This document shows, in pieces, positions 47,858 through 60,500 of a stretch of 64,000 nucleotides of DNA. The DNA lies in NCBI GenBank assembly GCA_973895155.1, contig OZ316895.1, forward strand, positions 124,001 through 188,000, written 5' to 3'. This DNA is from Marsupella aquatica (taxonomy: Eukaryota; Plantae; Marchantiophyta). Each line of letters opens with the position of its first letter. The first letter of the stretch is position 1. The notes under the pieces are model-generated. The model did not search any database, had not been told where the DNA came from, and saw nothing but the letters and a program-made list of their open reading frames with translations. Made by a program: the position numbers and the translations under genes.

Positions 47858-49735
47858 TGTGAGGCCGTGTTCACGGCAAAACCAGGAGAGCAGCGGAGGG
47901 AGCCGGTAGTCCAAGCCGCGGAGCAGGCGGTAGAAGGCTACGACAATGATGACTCCGACTACGGGTCGGACCATCATGTTCCAGGAGTAAGGACCTGTGG
48001 CAGGTTCATCTCCACTCTTCCAAGAGTAGTTCGAGGGGACCCCACCCAGCAGAGCAGCCCCGAGTCTCCCCCACCAGATGTCGCTCCCCCGAGCTTTGAC
48101 GGCATAAAACAGATGGCACAAGAGTTTCAGGAGCGACTCAGGGAGGAAGAGAAGGCAGCCCTGGCTAGGGAGAAAGATTTACCAGGGGGAGAATGGCCAG
48201 AGCACATCAGGCGGCTTGCAAAAAAACGAAGCAGCCCTCCAGCCACGATAGAAGAAATCCGCAAGGCGGCTTGGGAACAAAGGCCACGATGGTTGATGCC
48301 GATGACTTCTACTCACTCCGCCTATGCTAAAGAAAGAGCCATGGAGTACGGGGAGATGTGTGGGGAACTTGCGCTCAGCATCTTTGGGGAGGAGTTGGAG
48401 CAGGGACCCTTTTTCCAGAGAGAGATGTTGGAGAAGCGCCAATTAGAAGAAGCGGTGGCTTTGGAGAGAAGCAAGAAGGACGAGGTCATCCATCGGCTTA
48501 GGGCAAGGGAAGCCAAGGTAGAAGACCTGAAGGCGGCCAAGAAAGCCCAAGATGAGCTGCGGATTAAGCGGCATGAGCTAAATATCATGTAGGGGCAATT
48601 GGATACCGCGCAGTCTGATAATCAAATTATCAAGGATAAACTGACTCGGACCCAAGGAGAGTTGGCCGATGCAATCAAGGAGAAGGAGAAGTGGAAGCGA
48701 GAGCTGAGAGACGCAGAGGAGGCCCACATAGCAGCCAACAACCGGGCCATGGCGGAGACCTAGAGAAGGGAGAGGGCGTTGAAGGGGGAGCTCGAGGATA
48801 TCCGCGGAGCCCTTGAGCAGAAGGAGGCCGAGTTAGGAAAATCCTATCAAGCGATCATTGTGCTACGACAGGAGCTTGCATCCCTGACGGCCAGCTTCAA
48901 GGCCGACCTCCGTGAGAAAGATGACCAGCTCGACCAGACTTATGCCAAGATGAATAAAATGGAGTCTGAGGTTGTAACGGAGCTCGACAAGGAGCTAAGA
49001 GCAACCCAGGAAGAGAGGGCTACCTTAAAAAAGGAGCTAGAGGAAGCCCAGAGAGAGTTGGAGGAAGCCCAAAAGGAGCTAGAGGAGGCACGCAAGGACC
49101 TGGACGAATTGCAGGAGGAGTTGGAGGAAAGCACGCGGAAGATGGAGAACTTACAGCGGCGAGCCGACAACCAAACAGAGCGGCTGAAGAAACAGGCCGC
49201 AGTATTTAAGTGCTTGGCTTCCTCAAGTCCAACTCCAATAGGGGCAACCAAGTTTCCAGGAGTAGTACTGGCCGAAGGACAAGCCGAGACACTCGCACTG
49301 GTGCCGGAGGTAAGTGGCAAGGGGAAGGGACCAGCTCCCGAAACAAGGAAGAAGAAAAAGAAAAAACCTTTTGGGTTGGGGAGTAACACTGCTTCTCAAG
49401 CCGTCGTGACCAAGGAGGTAAACCCGACACCAACCTCAGGCAGGGTCACGGCAGAGGATCCAACTGTCCTACAAGGCGGGGATGGCAAGGGCGAAGCCGG
49501 AATGCTCAATGATGAGGCCGGTGTACCGAATCCACCACTAGAACAGGCCGAGGAAGCCGTAGCCATATCGGAGGCCGTGGCCGATGCTGAGGCCGAAGCC
49601 GAGGGTGGACCCAGTCAGGCCGATGGAGAGGTGACTCGGTCCGGAGCAGGTAATCTGTCAGAGGAGGGACCTATGGTAGTGGTTGCGGAGGAAGTGTTGG
49701 GGGCGTCCATTGAGGATCAGCCACCACTACCATGA
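47858..49735 (+). pseudogene. C-terminal half of the LTR-encoded coiled-coil protein
   Basis: SDHHVPGVRTCGRF...WEQRPRW matches 10303-13935. In-frame TAG stops at 48590 and 48761 correspond to Gln codons in the intact copy. Confidence 0.85.
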
Positions 49736-50628
49736 CGGTGGTGGAGGGTCACTCCTTAAGGAGGGTGGACGTGGAGGGAGGAGGCGTGAGTGGGCAGGGC
49801 GGCTCAGATCTCCAAGTTTAGAATTAGGATCAGGACCGGGAGGCGGCCTTGACACTTAGCTTAGTGGGATTGCAGATCCACTGGTAAGAGCAACACTTGT
49901 GCTCCTGCCTCGCTGTACATAGGTAGATTACGGTCAGGTTAGATTAGGCTTACGCTGCAAGGAATTGGGCGGATCCACTGCCAGGATAAGACCTGGGCAG
50001 CGGGGGGGGTTCAGGGCCTTCTTCCTTAGCAAGTTTTTAGTGCACCAGCAGGGCTGGGATCAAGTAGTTAAAGAAGCTCTCGGTTAGTTATGCTGTGACC
50101 CTTGTGTATATTCATGTTTCCTCATACCTAAGAGATGAATAGAGTTGGCCTCACGCCTTAGTTCGCAGATCTTGTGTATGAGAAGTACTGTTTGTATGGC
50201 AAGTGCATGGTATAACTCAGTCAGAAGGAGTCATTTTGCTATTTGTGTGTCGCATTAACTTGTTTGAAGATTGCCCACATCAACCAAGAAGGGAGTAAGC
50301 AAGGTAGTAAGAGTTGGGTGTGTCGAGCTGAGAGAGGTCTTAGCGGCTTACCCAAGCCAGTTGGAGATCATTCTGGCGGCGGAATCCAAACATACCTAAA
50401 GGAAGACCAGGAGAGGAGGACAAGGGAAGGCATAGAAGAGGCCGGCTACGTATCTCATGACCCGATGAAGGATCTGTCCAGTATATATGTGTAAAATGTT
50501 AGTCGAAGGAAGTTGGCAGCGTCCCATGCCGCTAAGCCACGAAACCGGCCTCGCCAAGAGTGAAACCTACGGGAATCGGCTTGTGCAGGGGGGTTTCTTG
50601 GGTTCAGGGAGCCATGGGATGCACCACA
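47858..50628 (+). mobile_element. 5'-truncated copy of the long ORF-bearing LTR (diverged subfamily)
   Basis: Collinear with about 12100-14856. Ends GGGATGCACCACA with no PBS after it. Confidence 0.88.
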
Positions 50629-51169
50629 GAGTGAGAATAACAAATTCTTCTGGTTCTGAAACTCCTATGGGTGAAGTTGTTCTGATAGGAGTCAACTGAT
50701 CTGGAAAAGGTGACTGCGCAGATTAACTGACTCCATTCTCAAGTCACTAACCACATTATAGAGCTCAGCATCACTACAAGCAAAGAGAGAGGTTAACTTA
50801 TCAATGAGTTGCTGATTAGACTCAGCTTTCGAAAAAGTGGGTGGGGTGCCCCCATGAATGGCAGCAATAGTCAGTTCAACAACATCTTCTTGTTGTTCAG
50901 GTAAAAACTCGTCTCCTTCAGCTTCCAGTTGACCTGCACCACTGGTTTTCCTTGGAGAGTGCAAGTCATATATGTCCTCCAAGTTGTGTACAGGTGAAGG
51001 CTGGTTCAAAACCACCTACTGAGACATCCTCCATATTATCATCGATGTTCACATCAACATTCTGATCATTGGAATCCGCTGGGATGGCCAGTCCTGGTTC
51101 TTCTATTGAAATCTCCTCTTCAATGCCTAGTTCAATTAGGAGCAACCCTCTCTCCATTCTCTCTTCAAA

Positions 51170-51790
51170 GTGTAAGTAGAGTTGGGACAAATAACTCTGT
51201 AACAAGTGGATCTTCCTACCTTCAGACTCTTCACTTGATCTTTCATAACATTAAAGATCAACAAGGCCCAATTTACCTAGATAGCTCCACTATGAGCAAC
51301 TACAATAGTATTTGCCAGGGCTACAGGACAGAGAGTTGGCTTCTTTAGGTGAAGAATCGGCACTAAGAATTCTAAGAGAACTCTCAATTCAGGATAAGCA
51401 CACTGGGTCAAATTCCAACCATTTTTGAGATTTTGAATTCCTGAGAAGTAAGGCGTGGATAAATCTTTCTTCTTAGAATACAATGCCTCTCCCTCTGATG
51501 AGCAGCCAAAGGCATAAGCAATCTGCTCAACTGTCCACAAACTTGGACGAGCTCGAATGGTCTATCGAAATTCAATGGGAATAATCGACCCCTTCACAAA
51601 GTCTTGTAAGTAAGTGTCGAGTTCAATCTACATTCCAGGGGATCTCCAATAGACGCTTTAGTCCTAGCTGTTGTAAAGAGGCCTATAAATTAGCGCAGCT
51701 GTCGGGCGCCTGTGGAATTCGTGTTACTATACCCCTTGGAATTGCTAGAGCTTCAATACGGTATTGTTTGTCAACACCCAAGTCTGCCAT
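51170..51790 (-). pseudogene. Third, distant homolog of the LTR-ORF domain
   Basis: GLKRLLEIPW...WTVEQIAYAFG...KNGWNLTQCAYPELRVLLEFLVPILH parallels the domain in 6829-8337 and 10303-13935. Several stops. Confidence 0.6.
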
Positions 51791-52199
51791 AGCTCGAATT
51801 CTGCTTACTGTGTTGCGTGAAGATTTGTTTGAATTGAGAGAGGTGAGAGGTAGGCGGAAGAGAAGTCAGGAATGAGCGCCCATGTCCTGCATTCCTTTCC
51901 TTTCAAGGCGCTCCTCATCCCGTTGCAAAGTCCCGTTGGAGTTAGCCGTAACACGTCACGATCACAGAACTCAGTGCAAACTCGTAAGTCGTAAGGAGTA
52001 AACCCTTATACCCGTAAACTCTTAAACATGTATTCCTGTCAACCCGTAAACACATAACTTGGTTTACCCGTAACTTATATTCAAGGACTCGTAACTTAGG
52101 CACAGTTTATTTAGAGTGCAGTTTACTCTATAGTTATCAGCAAATATAGTTTAAATGCTTATCAGCAAATATAGTTTAAATACTTCAAAATTTTAAAAA

Positions 52200-54545
52200 T
52201 TTTCCATTTTCTTCATGCCTTTGGAATTACTAACTACTTACACATGTGCGGCAAACCACGTCCATACGCCCCAAACAATGTCGGGCCAAGTGAGGATCCA
52301 ACGGCCTTCGCGCCTTTGGAAGACGACTGATTAGTTGTGCCCTCCGTCTTCGTTGCGCTATTTCTTCTTTGCTCCGCAATGCAAGTGTGATTGATGCAGC
52401 TACCAAACTCTCTTGGACTTCAGACGTAACATCGGGTACTACATCCGATTCCCTTTCTCCACTTGACAACTCCAAGATCCCCTCGATAAAAGTGTCAAAT
52501 TCACCATCCCCATCGTTGACATAATCTTCCTCAACGTCATATAATTCCCCCACCGCATGTTGATCAAACCCGCCATCTATTGCCCCATTCATGAGCCACT
52601 CCTTATCAAACAAATGAGTTTGAGTGTGAGTGTGCATCGGTTCCTCCAGAGGACAATCAATCCCTCCATCATCCAATGCCCCATTGATAAGCCACTCCTC
52701 ATCATAGAGGCAAGGTTCCGGCTAAACATGTGATGCTGCCTCATAGGACATGTTGGAGGCTAACTCCAATGGAGGATGGTGAATCCCACTTTCATCTAAA
52801 GCACCTTGAGTGAGCCATCCTTCATCAAATACATGTGGGTCACAGGGAACCATGGGTTGGCGGACCGATGTGCTCGGATCACCAACACTACAATTGGAAA
52901 TGTCATGGGGTCTTTCCAATGCTTGCCCTTGGCCCCGAGCCTCACGACAAAGCTGTCTCCCACTGTTCATGGGCGCAACCCCATTGGTAACCCCAGATTT
53001 TTGGTTACTTTAAGCGTTTCACTTAAAGTCGCCGCGACCGCTTACTTGGCTTTTGGCCGCCCCAATGCCGAGACCCCTTGGGCCAACGGCACGGCTTGGC
53101 CAACTTTTCAACGGGCCTTTTTCCTACTCCTTGCATCCCCCAACCCCATTGGTAACCACAGATTTTTGGTTACTTTAAGCGTTTCACTTAAAGTCGCCGC
53201 GACCGCTTACTTGGCTTTTGGCCGCCCCAATGCCGAGACCCCTTGGGGCAACGACACGGCTTGGTCGACTTTTCAGCGACACAAATTTCCTACCCCTTGC
53301 ATGGAATCCCATTGGTAACCTCATCCATATTTACTCGGCTCCTTACTCGCCAACGCCATTCCCCCTTGGGGTGGTGGTGTGGTTTGTGTCACCTTCCAAC
53401 TTGGATGCTTGAGAGGAGGTGGTCCCCTCATATATACTTCTGGGGACCTGCCACCCCCGGACCACATTTGGTCCTGATATTTTGGCCCCCATTTTTCTGT
53501 TGTAAACGGACTTGCAAGAGTGATCTTCGGTGTCGTCGTCGTCGCCGCACCCTCTTATCACCGCTCCCTCTTGTTGTTGCCACTCCGTTCTCCTCGTTGC
53601 ACCCTCACTCATACACCCTCTCCCTCGTTAATCCCTCTCCCTCGGGCATTGGGTCGAGGCAGGCATGTCGGGTCGAGGCAACATTGCGGCAGCGAGGGCA
53701 TCGCAGTGACGAAAGGCGTCGCGACCGGGTCAAGTCCAACTGCTAGGCAGGGGAGGGCAGCGAGGCAGCATCGTGGTAGGGGAGGGCGTCGTTGCGGCGA
53801 TGTCGAGTCCAGGCGCGGACTCGAACGGAGGGGGTCACGGCAGTGAGGCAGGGAGGGCGTCGTAGCGGCGGCGACGGCAACAGGGTCTAGTCCAGGCGCG
53901 GGGTCGACCAGCCAGCCTCGGCTTTGTGGGGAGCACGGCCAGCCTCGGGGGGCGGTAGTGAGGCAGGAGAGTGGGAGGGTGTCGCCGCGGCGACGCCGTC
54001 AAGTCCAGGCACAGACTCGACTGATTCAGGTCGTGGCCAGCCTCGGGGGGCGCGGCACTCGCCTGCGCTGGGAGGCACGGCAGTGGGAGGCGGGAGACGA
54101 GGGCTTGGGGGGCGCGACAGTGTGGGAGGCGGGAGGCGGGAGGCGAGGGAAGGAGCGGAGGGAGTCGGGCCGAGTGACTCGACTACTCGTGCGAGGAAGG
54201 GAGGGAGGAAACGCGCAAGGGGGGGAAGGTGGGAGGAATGGCCGTGGCGCGAGGGAGGGAGTGTCGCCAGGGAGGAGGGAGCGCAATGGAGGAGGGAGCG
54301 GGGAGGAGGGAGCGGGGTCACGGCAAGGGGGAGTGCACGGCCGCGACGGGAGGGAGGGAGCACCGGCTGAGTCACCGCGATGCAGGTTCACAGGGGCTGT
54401 CGCCGCATTGCATTCCCGGCGGCACTGCATTTTGTCCTATTGCTTTCCTTTTGGGTGGTTTTGATTTTTCTCACTGAAAACGACACGGTAAATCCAAATG
54501 ACGACCACGGCAAAAATGGGCGCAACGTTGTATTATAGTTCTTGA
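52200..54545 (-). mobile_element. Helitron 5' fragment
   Basis: The minus strand begins TCAAGAACTATAATAC directly after a host A, and the empty site in copy 1 (22091/22092) is A|T. RHCLGRMDVVCRTC resembles the Rep-helicase N-terminal zinc-finger lead-in. GC-rich 5' region; left limit approximate. Confidence 0.68.
52976..53320. repeat. 165-bp tandem repeat (about 2.1 copies)
   Basis: CAACCCCATTGGTAACC occurs at 52976 and 53141, with a partial copy at 53308. Confidence 0.9.
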
Positions 54546-57500
54546 TTGGTCATCGTGACTTATTTCCCGACCAATCTGGTCTGCCTTGCTAGCCATTTCC
54601 AGGGTCGCTAGCAAAATTTCCTGTTTTCTCGTTGAAGAATTGACAGCCAAGGATTGAGGAAAACAACTGCCAGATTGGCATTCCAGTGTCAAGAACATTA
54701 AATTTAGTGGTTAATTGCTGCCTGACTGTGTTTGGATTAATTCAAAGGAAGAATGGTGTCTTTCCACCAGACGTCTTCAACATCTCACCCAAGCAAATTC
54801 AAGCCAAAAAGAAGAGATAACAGATTAAGCGCAGCTACTATGGTAACAGCAGGAGTTTTTATGATAGCAAGGTGTTCTCCTTCATTTGAATACTTACCTA
54901 AAGCTCTGATTGTTATTACTTCTCTCTCAAGACCTTCTACACATGAATCTATTTTCTTGAAGTAGGCATGGGCCCAGCAGAAGCAACAGACGCATATACT
55001 CCACTATTCCTTGCAGAACTATGCTGCCTTCTACGGTCACGCGCACGGTCTATGAGCTTTCGGATTCAGTGATGCCGTCAACGTATCAAAGTTTCTACTG
55101 CAAATACTGTCCACTTTCCTGCCATGTCCGATAATCCTTCACGATAGTACTGTACAGTGCATCATTCCATTCTCGCGTCATTTGAGAATTATTCCCTTAC
55201 GCCTTCCCTAACCCCAGAGTAGCTAACAAGCTTTCGAGCACGTTTCACGACCGTATCTTGCGAATCTGAGAAGCTCAGACAGTTGAGATGCAGATGGAAC
55301 TTCATATCGTTTTGGTCGAATCCAGACTGTCAACTCCCTTTGAAGCAGAAGAACATGGCCACTTCACTAGAATTGAATTATCTAATCTTCGACATGGATG
55401 TATTCGAAGATCTGAATACATCCATCAGTCTCGGCCAAAGGCTTCCTGCAAGTCGATGAACTCGAAGACTCATTGCTTGAAGTTCTCTGCTGGTGGAGGT
55501 CGCCATCCGCGCATTTGATCTTTATGCCCTTGATTTTCGTCTCCTGTCACCAATGTGAGTTCCCTTCCAGTACCATGTTCACAGCAAGGCAAGTACTGTA
55601 TGCAACTCTTCTTTTGATCTAAGGACAATACTCAACTAAGATGTCAAAAGAGGTTTCTACATATCAAGCCAACAGCTTGATTTCACGCACCTATAATTTC
55701 GACACTCAAAACGAAACTTGCGTGACATTTCTCTTACATGAAATGGTCTTTCAGCCAGAAGAGGGTACAACCCCCAATTGCAGAATCTCAAAATTAATGT
55801 TACAGAATTGCGACACCCAAAACCTGATTGTATCTGCGCTGCCAGTGACTACTGATTTGAAGTCACTTTCCAGCCAGCCCAACACAGCTTTCAATCTGGG
55901 TTCACCAGTAATCACCACAAGAACACATTCCATCTTTGAAATGGTGGAACCGATTTGCATCCCTTGCAATAATCTCGCGTCCGGTCACCTTAGAGATATA
56001 CTTGGTTGCTGAGTGGCAATCTGAACACACCCGAAGGTTCTTACTTACACGAATAGGTTCTCCCCATGGTAGGTGCATAAGTCCGTAAGCAATAGCCAAC
56101 TTCTCACTATGAGAGCAAAGGGCTAGCTCTTTATCATCTTCATTGATATTATGCAATACAAGCTGGGTATCCGGAATGTAGCCTTCCGCCTTCAGTTTTT
56201 CACTCAATATATTCAGCTCAGTATAGATCGCCTCCGCTTCTGGGTGAGATGTATCCCCCACCACAAATTCATGGATCTTGTTATGAACTTCGATCCAGCT
56301 ACGTCCTGGCTCCTTCCGAACACCTCTCTCTTGCATCATAGTGCGCACAGATGACACCTTCTCCCACTTCCCAGCTGCAGCATAGATATTGGAGAGCAGT
56401 ACATATGTAGAGGCTTTACTGGGTTCCAACTTGAAAAGCTCGTTAGCGGCCAGTTCACCCAGCTCCACGTTACCGTAAGTTCTACAAGCCCCAAGCAAGG
56501 CTGTCCAAGTTACATCATCTGGTTCGATCGGCATATCACTGATCAACTGCTTTGCTGCTTCCACGTGTCCCGCCCGCCCAAGAATATCCACCATGAGGGT
56601 ATAGTGAAAAACAGTACGCTCGATACCATAATCTTGCGTCATAGCAGAAAAGATTCTACGGCCATCATCAACAAGGCCTCCATGAGAACAGGCTGACAAC
56701 ACAGCTGTGAATGACGTCTCGGTGGGCTTCACATGGTCTGCATTCATTTGTCTGAAAAGTTCCAGGGCTTCCTGCCCATATCCGTGTTGTGCAAGTCCAC
56801 CGATCATTATGTTCCAAGTGACTACATCGCGTTTCTCCATTCTGTTAAAAACAAGTCGGGCGTCAGCTATACTGCCACACTCTGCATACATGTGAACGAG
56901 TGCACTACCCACACGCAAATCCGACTCCAGTCCGGCTTTGCTAGCGTGGCCATGAACCTCCTTCACCCACTCCAAAGCCCCCGCGCTTGCAGATGCATTC
57001 AGGATGGTCACATAAGTGATTTCATTTGGTTCGAAGCCTTGGCGTCTCATTTCAAGAAACATTCGATATGCTTCATGCCCAGATCCATGTTGTGCAAGCC
57101 CTCCTATCATTACAGTCCATGTGATTACATCGCGTTTCTCCATTCTGTCAAAGACCAGTCGGGCATCATCTATACTGCCAATCTTCGCATACATGTGAAC
57201 GAGTGCATTGCCCACACGCAAATCCGAGTCCAGTCCGGCTTTGCTAGCGTGGCCATGAACCTCCTTCACCCACTCCAAAGCCCCCGCACTTGCAGATGCA
57301 TTCAGGATGGTCACATAAGTGATTTCATTTGGTTCGAAGCCTTGGCGTCTCATTTCAAGTAACATTCGATATGCTTCATGCCCACATCCATGTTGTGCAA
57401 GTCCCCCGATCATTACATTCCATGTGACTACAGTGTGTTTCTCCATTCCCTCAAAAACAAGTCGGGCGTCATCTACACTGCCAATCTTTGCATACATGTG

Positions 57501-60500
57501 GACCAGTGCAGTGCCCACACGCAAGTCTGACTCCAGTCCCACTTTGCTAGCATGCCCATGAACCTCTCTCACCCACTCCAAAGACCCTGCACTTGCAGAC
57601 GCATTCAGGATGCTCACATAAGTGACTGCGTTTGGTTCGAAGCCTTCCCGTCGCATCTGGAGAAATAATCGATAAGCTTCATGCCCACTTCCGTGTTGTG
57701 CAAGTCCACCGATCATTACAGTCCATGTGACTACATCGCGTTTCTCCATTCTGTCAAAAACCAGTCGGGCGTCACCTATCCTGCCACTCTCTGCATACAT
57801 GTGAACCAGCGCAGAGCCCACACGCAAATCTGACTCCAGTCCCGCTTTCCTAGCGTGGCCATGAACGTCCTTCACCCATGCCAAATCCCCATCACACGCG
57901 GATGCATTCAGGATGCTCGTATAGGTGATTGCATTTGGTTCGAAGCCAGCACGTCTCATTTGGAGAAAAAGCAAATATGCTTCATTCCCACATCCATGTT
58001 GTGCAAGTCCACCGATCATTACATTCCAGGTGACCACATCGCGTTTCTCCATTTTGTCAAACACAAGTCGGGCATCATCTATACTGCCACTTTTCGCGTA
58101 AATGTGAACGAGTGCATTGCTCACAACCAAATTCGACTCCAGTCCACCCTTGCAAGCATGGCCATGAACCTCCTTCACCCATTCCAAAGCCCCCACACTT
58201 GCAGATGCATTCAGGATGCTCAGATAAGTGATTGCATCTGGTTTGAAGCCTTCCCGTCTCATTTGGAGGAATAGTCGATATGCTTCCACACCATCACCAC
58301 GTTCTGCACATGCTCCAATCATAACATTCCATGTAATGACATTTCGATTAGTCAACTTTTCAAAAACTTTCCTTGCCTCGGTGATGCACCCACATTTAGA
58401 GTACATCAGTACGAGAGCAGACCCTACCCGCACGTCCGATTCAAAGCCGGCATGTCGAATACCCTGATGAATTTCTTTTCCCCAATTGAGAGCTAATGGG
58501 CTTGAACATGCATTCAGGATGCTCAGATACGTGATCTCATTCGGCTTCACGCCTTCTTGGCGCATTAGATTGAAAATTTCGAGTGCAGATTCAGCATGAT
58601 CACTCCTAGCGTATCCCGCAATCATGCTGGTCCAAGTAATAACATTCTTCTTCTGAATTTGATCAAAAACTCTACGTGCATCCGATAAACCTCCGCATTT
58701 GATATACACATTCAAAAGCGTGATTGCCACATATGGATTTTCGTGAATTCCACTCTCGATGATGCAATCATGAATTTGCTTGGCTCCTGAAAGGTCTTTC
58801 TGTTGCAAGCACATTTGCAGAACTTTAACATATGTGTACGAGTCTATAGCAATGCCTCGCTGTAGACGATCTTTCAACATAACAATTGTTTGACCCGTGG
58901 TACCAGGATGCATATGCCTACTGCCAATCCCTTTTGCAGTGACTTGAGACCGATCTCTCGTGCAATAACTAACATTAGATGGAAATCTGCAGTGAGTAAC
59001 CAAATTCGCCCTTGCTAAGACCCACGCTGGGGTTGACCATCCATCCACCCAAAGTGCTAGTCTTGTCAACTTCTGATTGAACTCAGGTGCTCTGGGCTTC
59101 CTCTGTCAGCACCACAACCCACGATCAGATCTGCTACCAGGATAAAATCCAGGAGATTCCACGAGGTGCAATGAATTTGTAGTTATTTCTTGACGACTAT
59201 GTTTCCGGTGATCTTTCTACAATGAGTGTTCAGAAATGGATAGCAGACCGGTAAGCCTCTCGAGTTCTAGGGTGCATTCCTACCTCCGTCCAAAGATGTA
59301 TTTTCTTGTCTCCCTTGCTCTGCTGTGATCTTTGGTACAGATAACTTGCAAAAGTTAAATGACTCCTTTCCAACTGAGAGTAACGGCTATCTGTCAAGAA
59401 TGCAATGATCTTAGAATAGAATATTGAAATAATTGTGAAAGGCATATCCAGGTATCAACAAGCTCGTTCCTTCTCCCGTATTTCACTGTACCCACAGAAA
59501 GGACAGAGTCAAGAGCCTATCGAATTGGTACTAAAATACTTCAGCCAGAAGTCACATGTTATCCTTGGGTTGTGTACAGGACAGACTCTTAGGGCATCTT
59601 GACACGCGTTCATTTGTAAGTTGCCTACACTGTCCTTTCTGCGCTATACACAAACCAGAATCTCAGGTTTCTGAAAAGAGATTACTTAGAAATAAAGCCT
59701 AGCCATCATCTGTAGAATCCATCGTGATTAGACAAAGATGACATGAACGTGAAAGCGCTTCCCTCCCTCTCCTACAATTCAGAAATAAAGGCTATCCATC
59801 ATTCTTGAACTTGGCTCTTATACAATCCGTGAAAAGACACATACGACATGAATGTAACAGCCTCCCCTCCCCTCCCCCCCCCCCCCACCCACCCACCCTG
59901 TGCTTCTTAACACGAAAAAGGAATCAAACTTGAAGTTCAACTCAAGTCTTGATCACATAAGCCTCATAGCAGGAAATTCCCTCAACTATAAATGTCACAC
60001 CGTGGTGCTGGAACAAGAGTTTCTGTTTAAAAGTAGGTACGCATAACGTTGAAATCGCTCGTCAGTCTCATTACCTGAAGGCCGTGTACATGAACAATGG
60101 CGGATGCCAATACCAATCAAACCGGAAGATGAAGGATAAACTCTGCAAATCAAACGTCTTTGTTGAGAATGTATTCAAGGTCGTTTGGTCACATCAAATC
60201 CAACAAAATGACATGCATACAAAATTAATCATACCTGGCTGAGGACTGTTGCCTAAAGCGGTCCATATCCAAAAGTTCCATCGAGTCAGCTCCGTTCCCG
60301 TGCCGAGAATACGGAGCTCAATGGTACAGTTTTGAGAAATACGATCTTACCTGTTTGACAAAAGTTCAAATCAGTCTAAGTAGTGCAATCTTGCAGAGCC
60401 CTCAAATTTCAAGTCTCATCTTTCCTTCCCATGGACTAAGGAAAGAATATTCATTACGCGAAGGCTCTGTTGGGGAAACCTTGCCCGGGCAGAGGAATCT

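Noticed and set aside
47858-47866. TGTGAGGCC as the start of a short solo LTR ending at 50628
   Set aside because: There is no TSD (TGATC versus GAGTG) and the sequence aligns to the middle of the 4.7-kb LTR, so truncation is more likely.
53520-54477. Overlapping G/R/P-rich ORFs on both strands
   Set aside because: GC-rich low-complexity Helitron 5' region; the ORFs are compositional artefacts.
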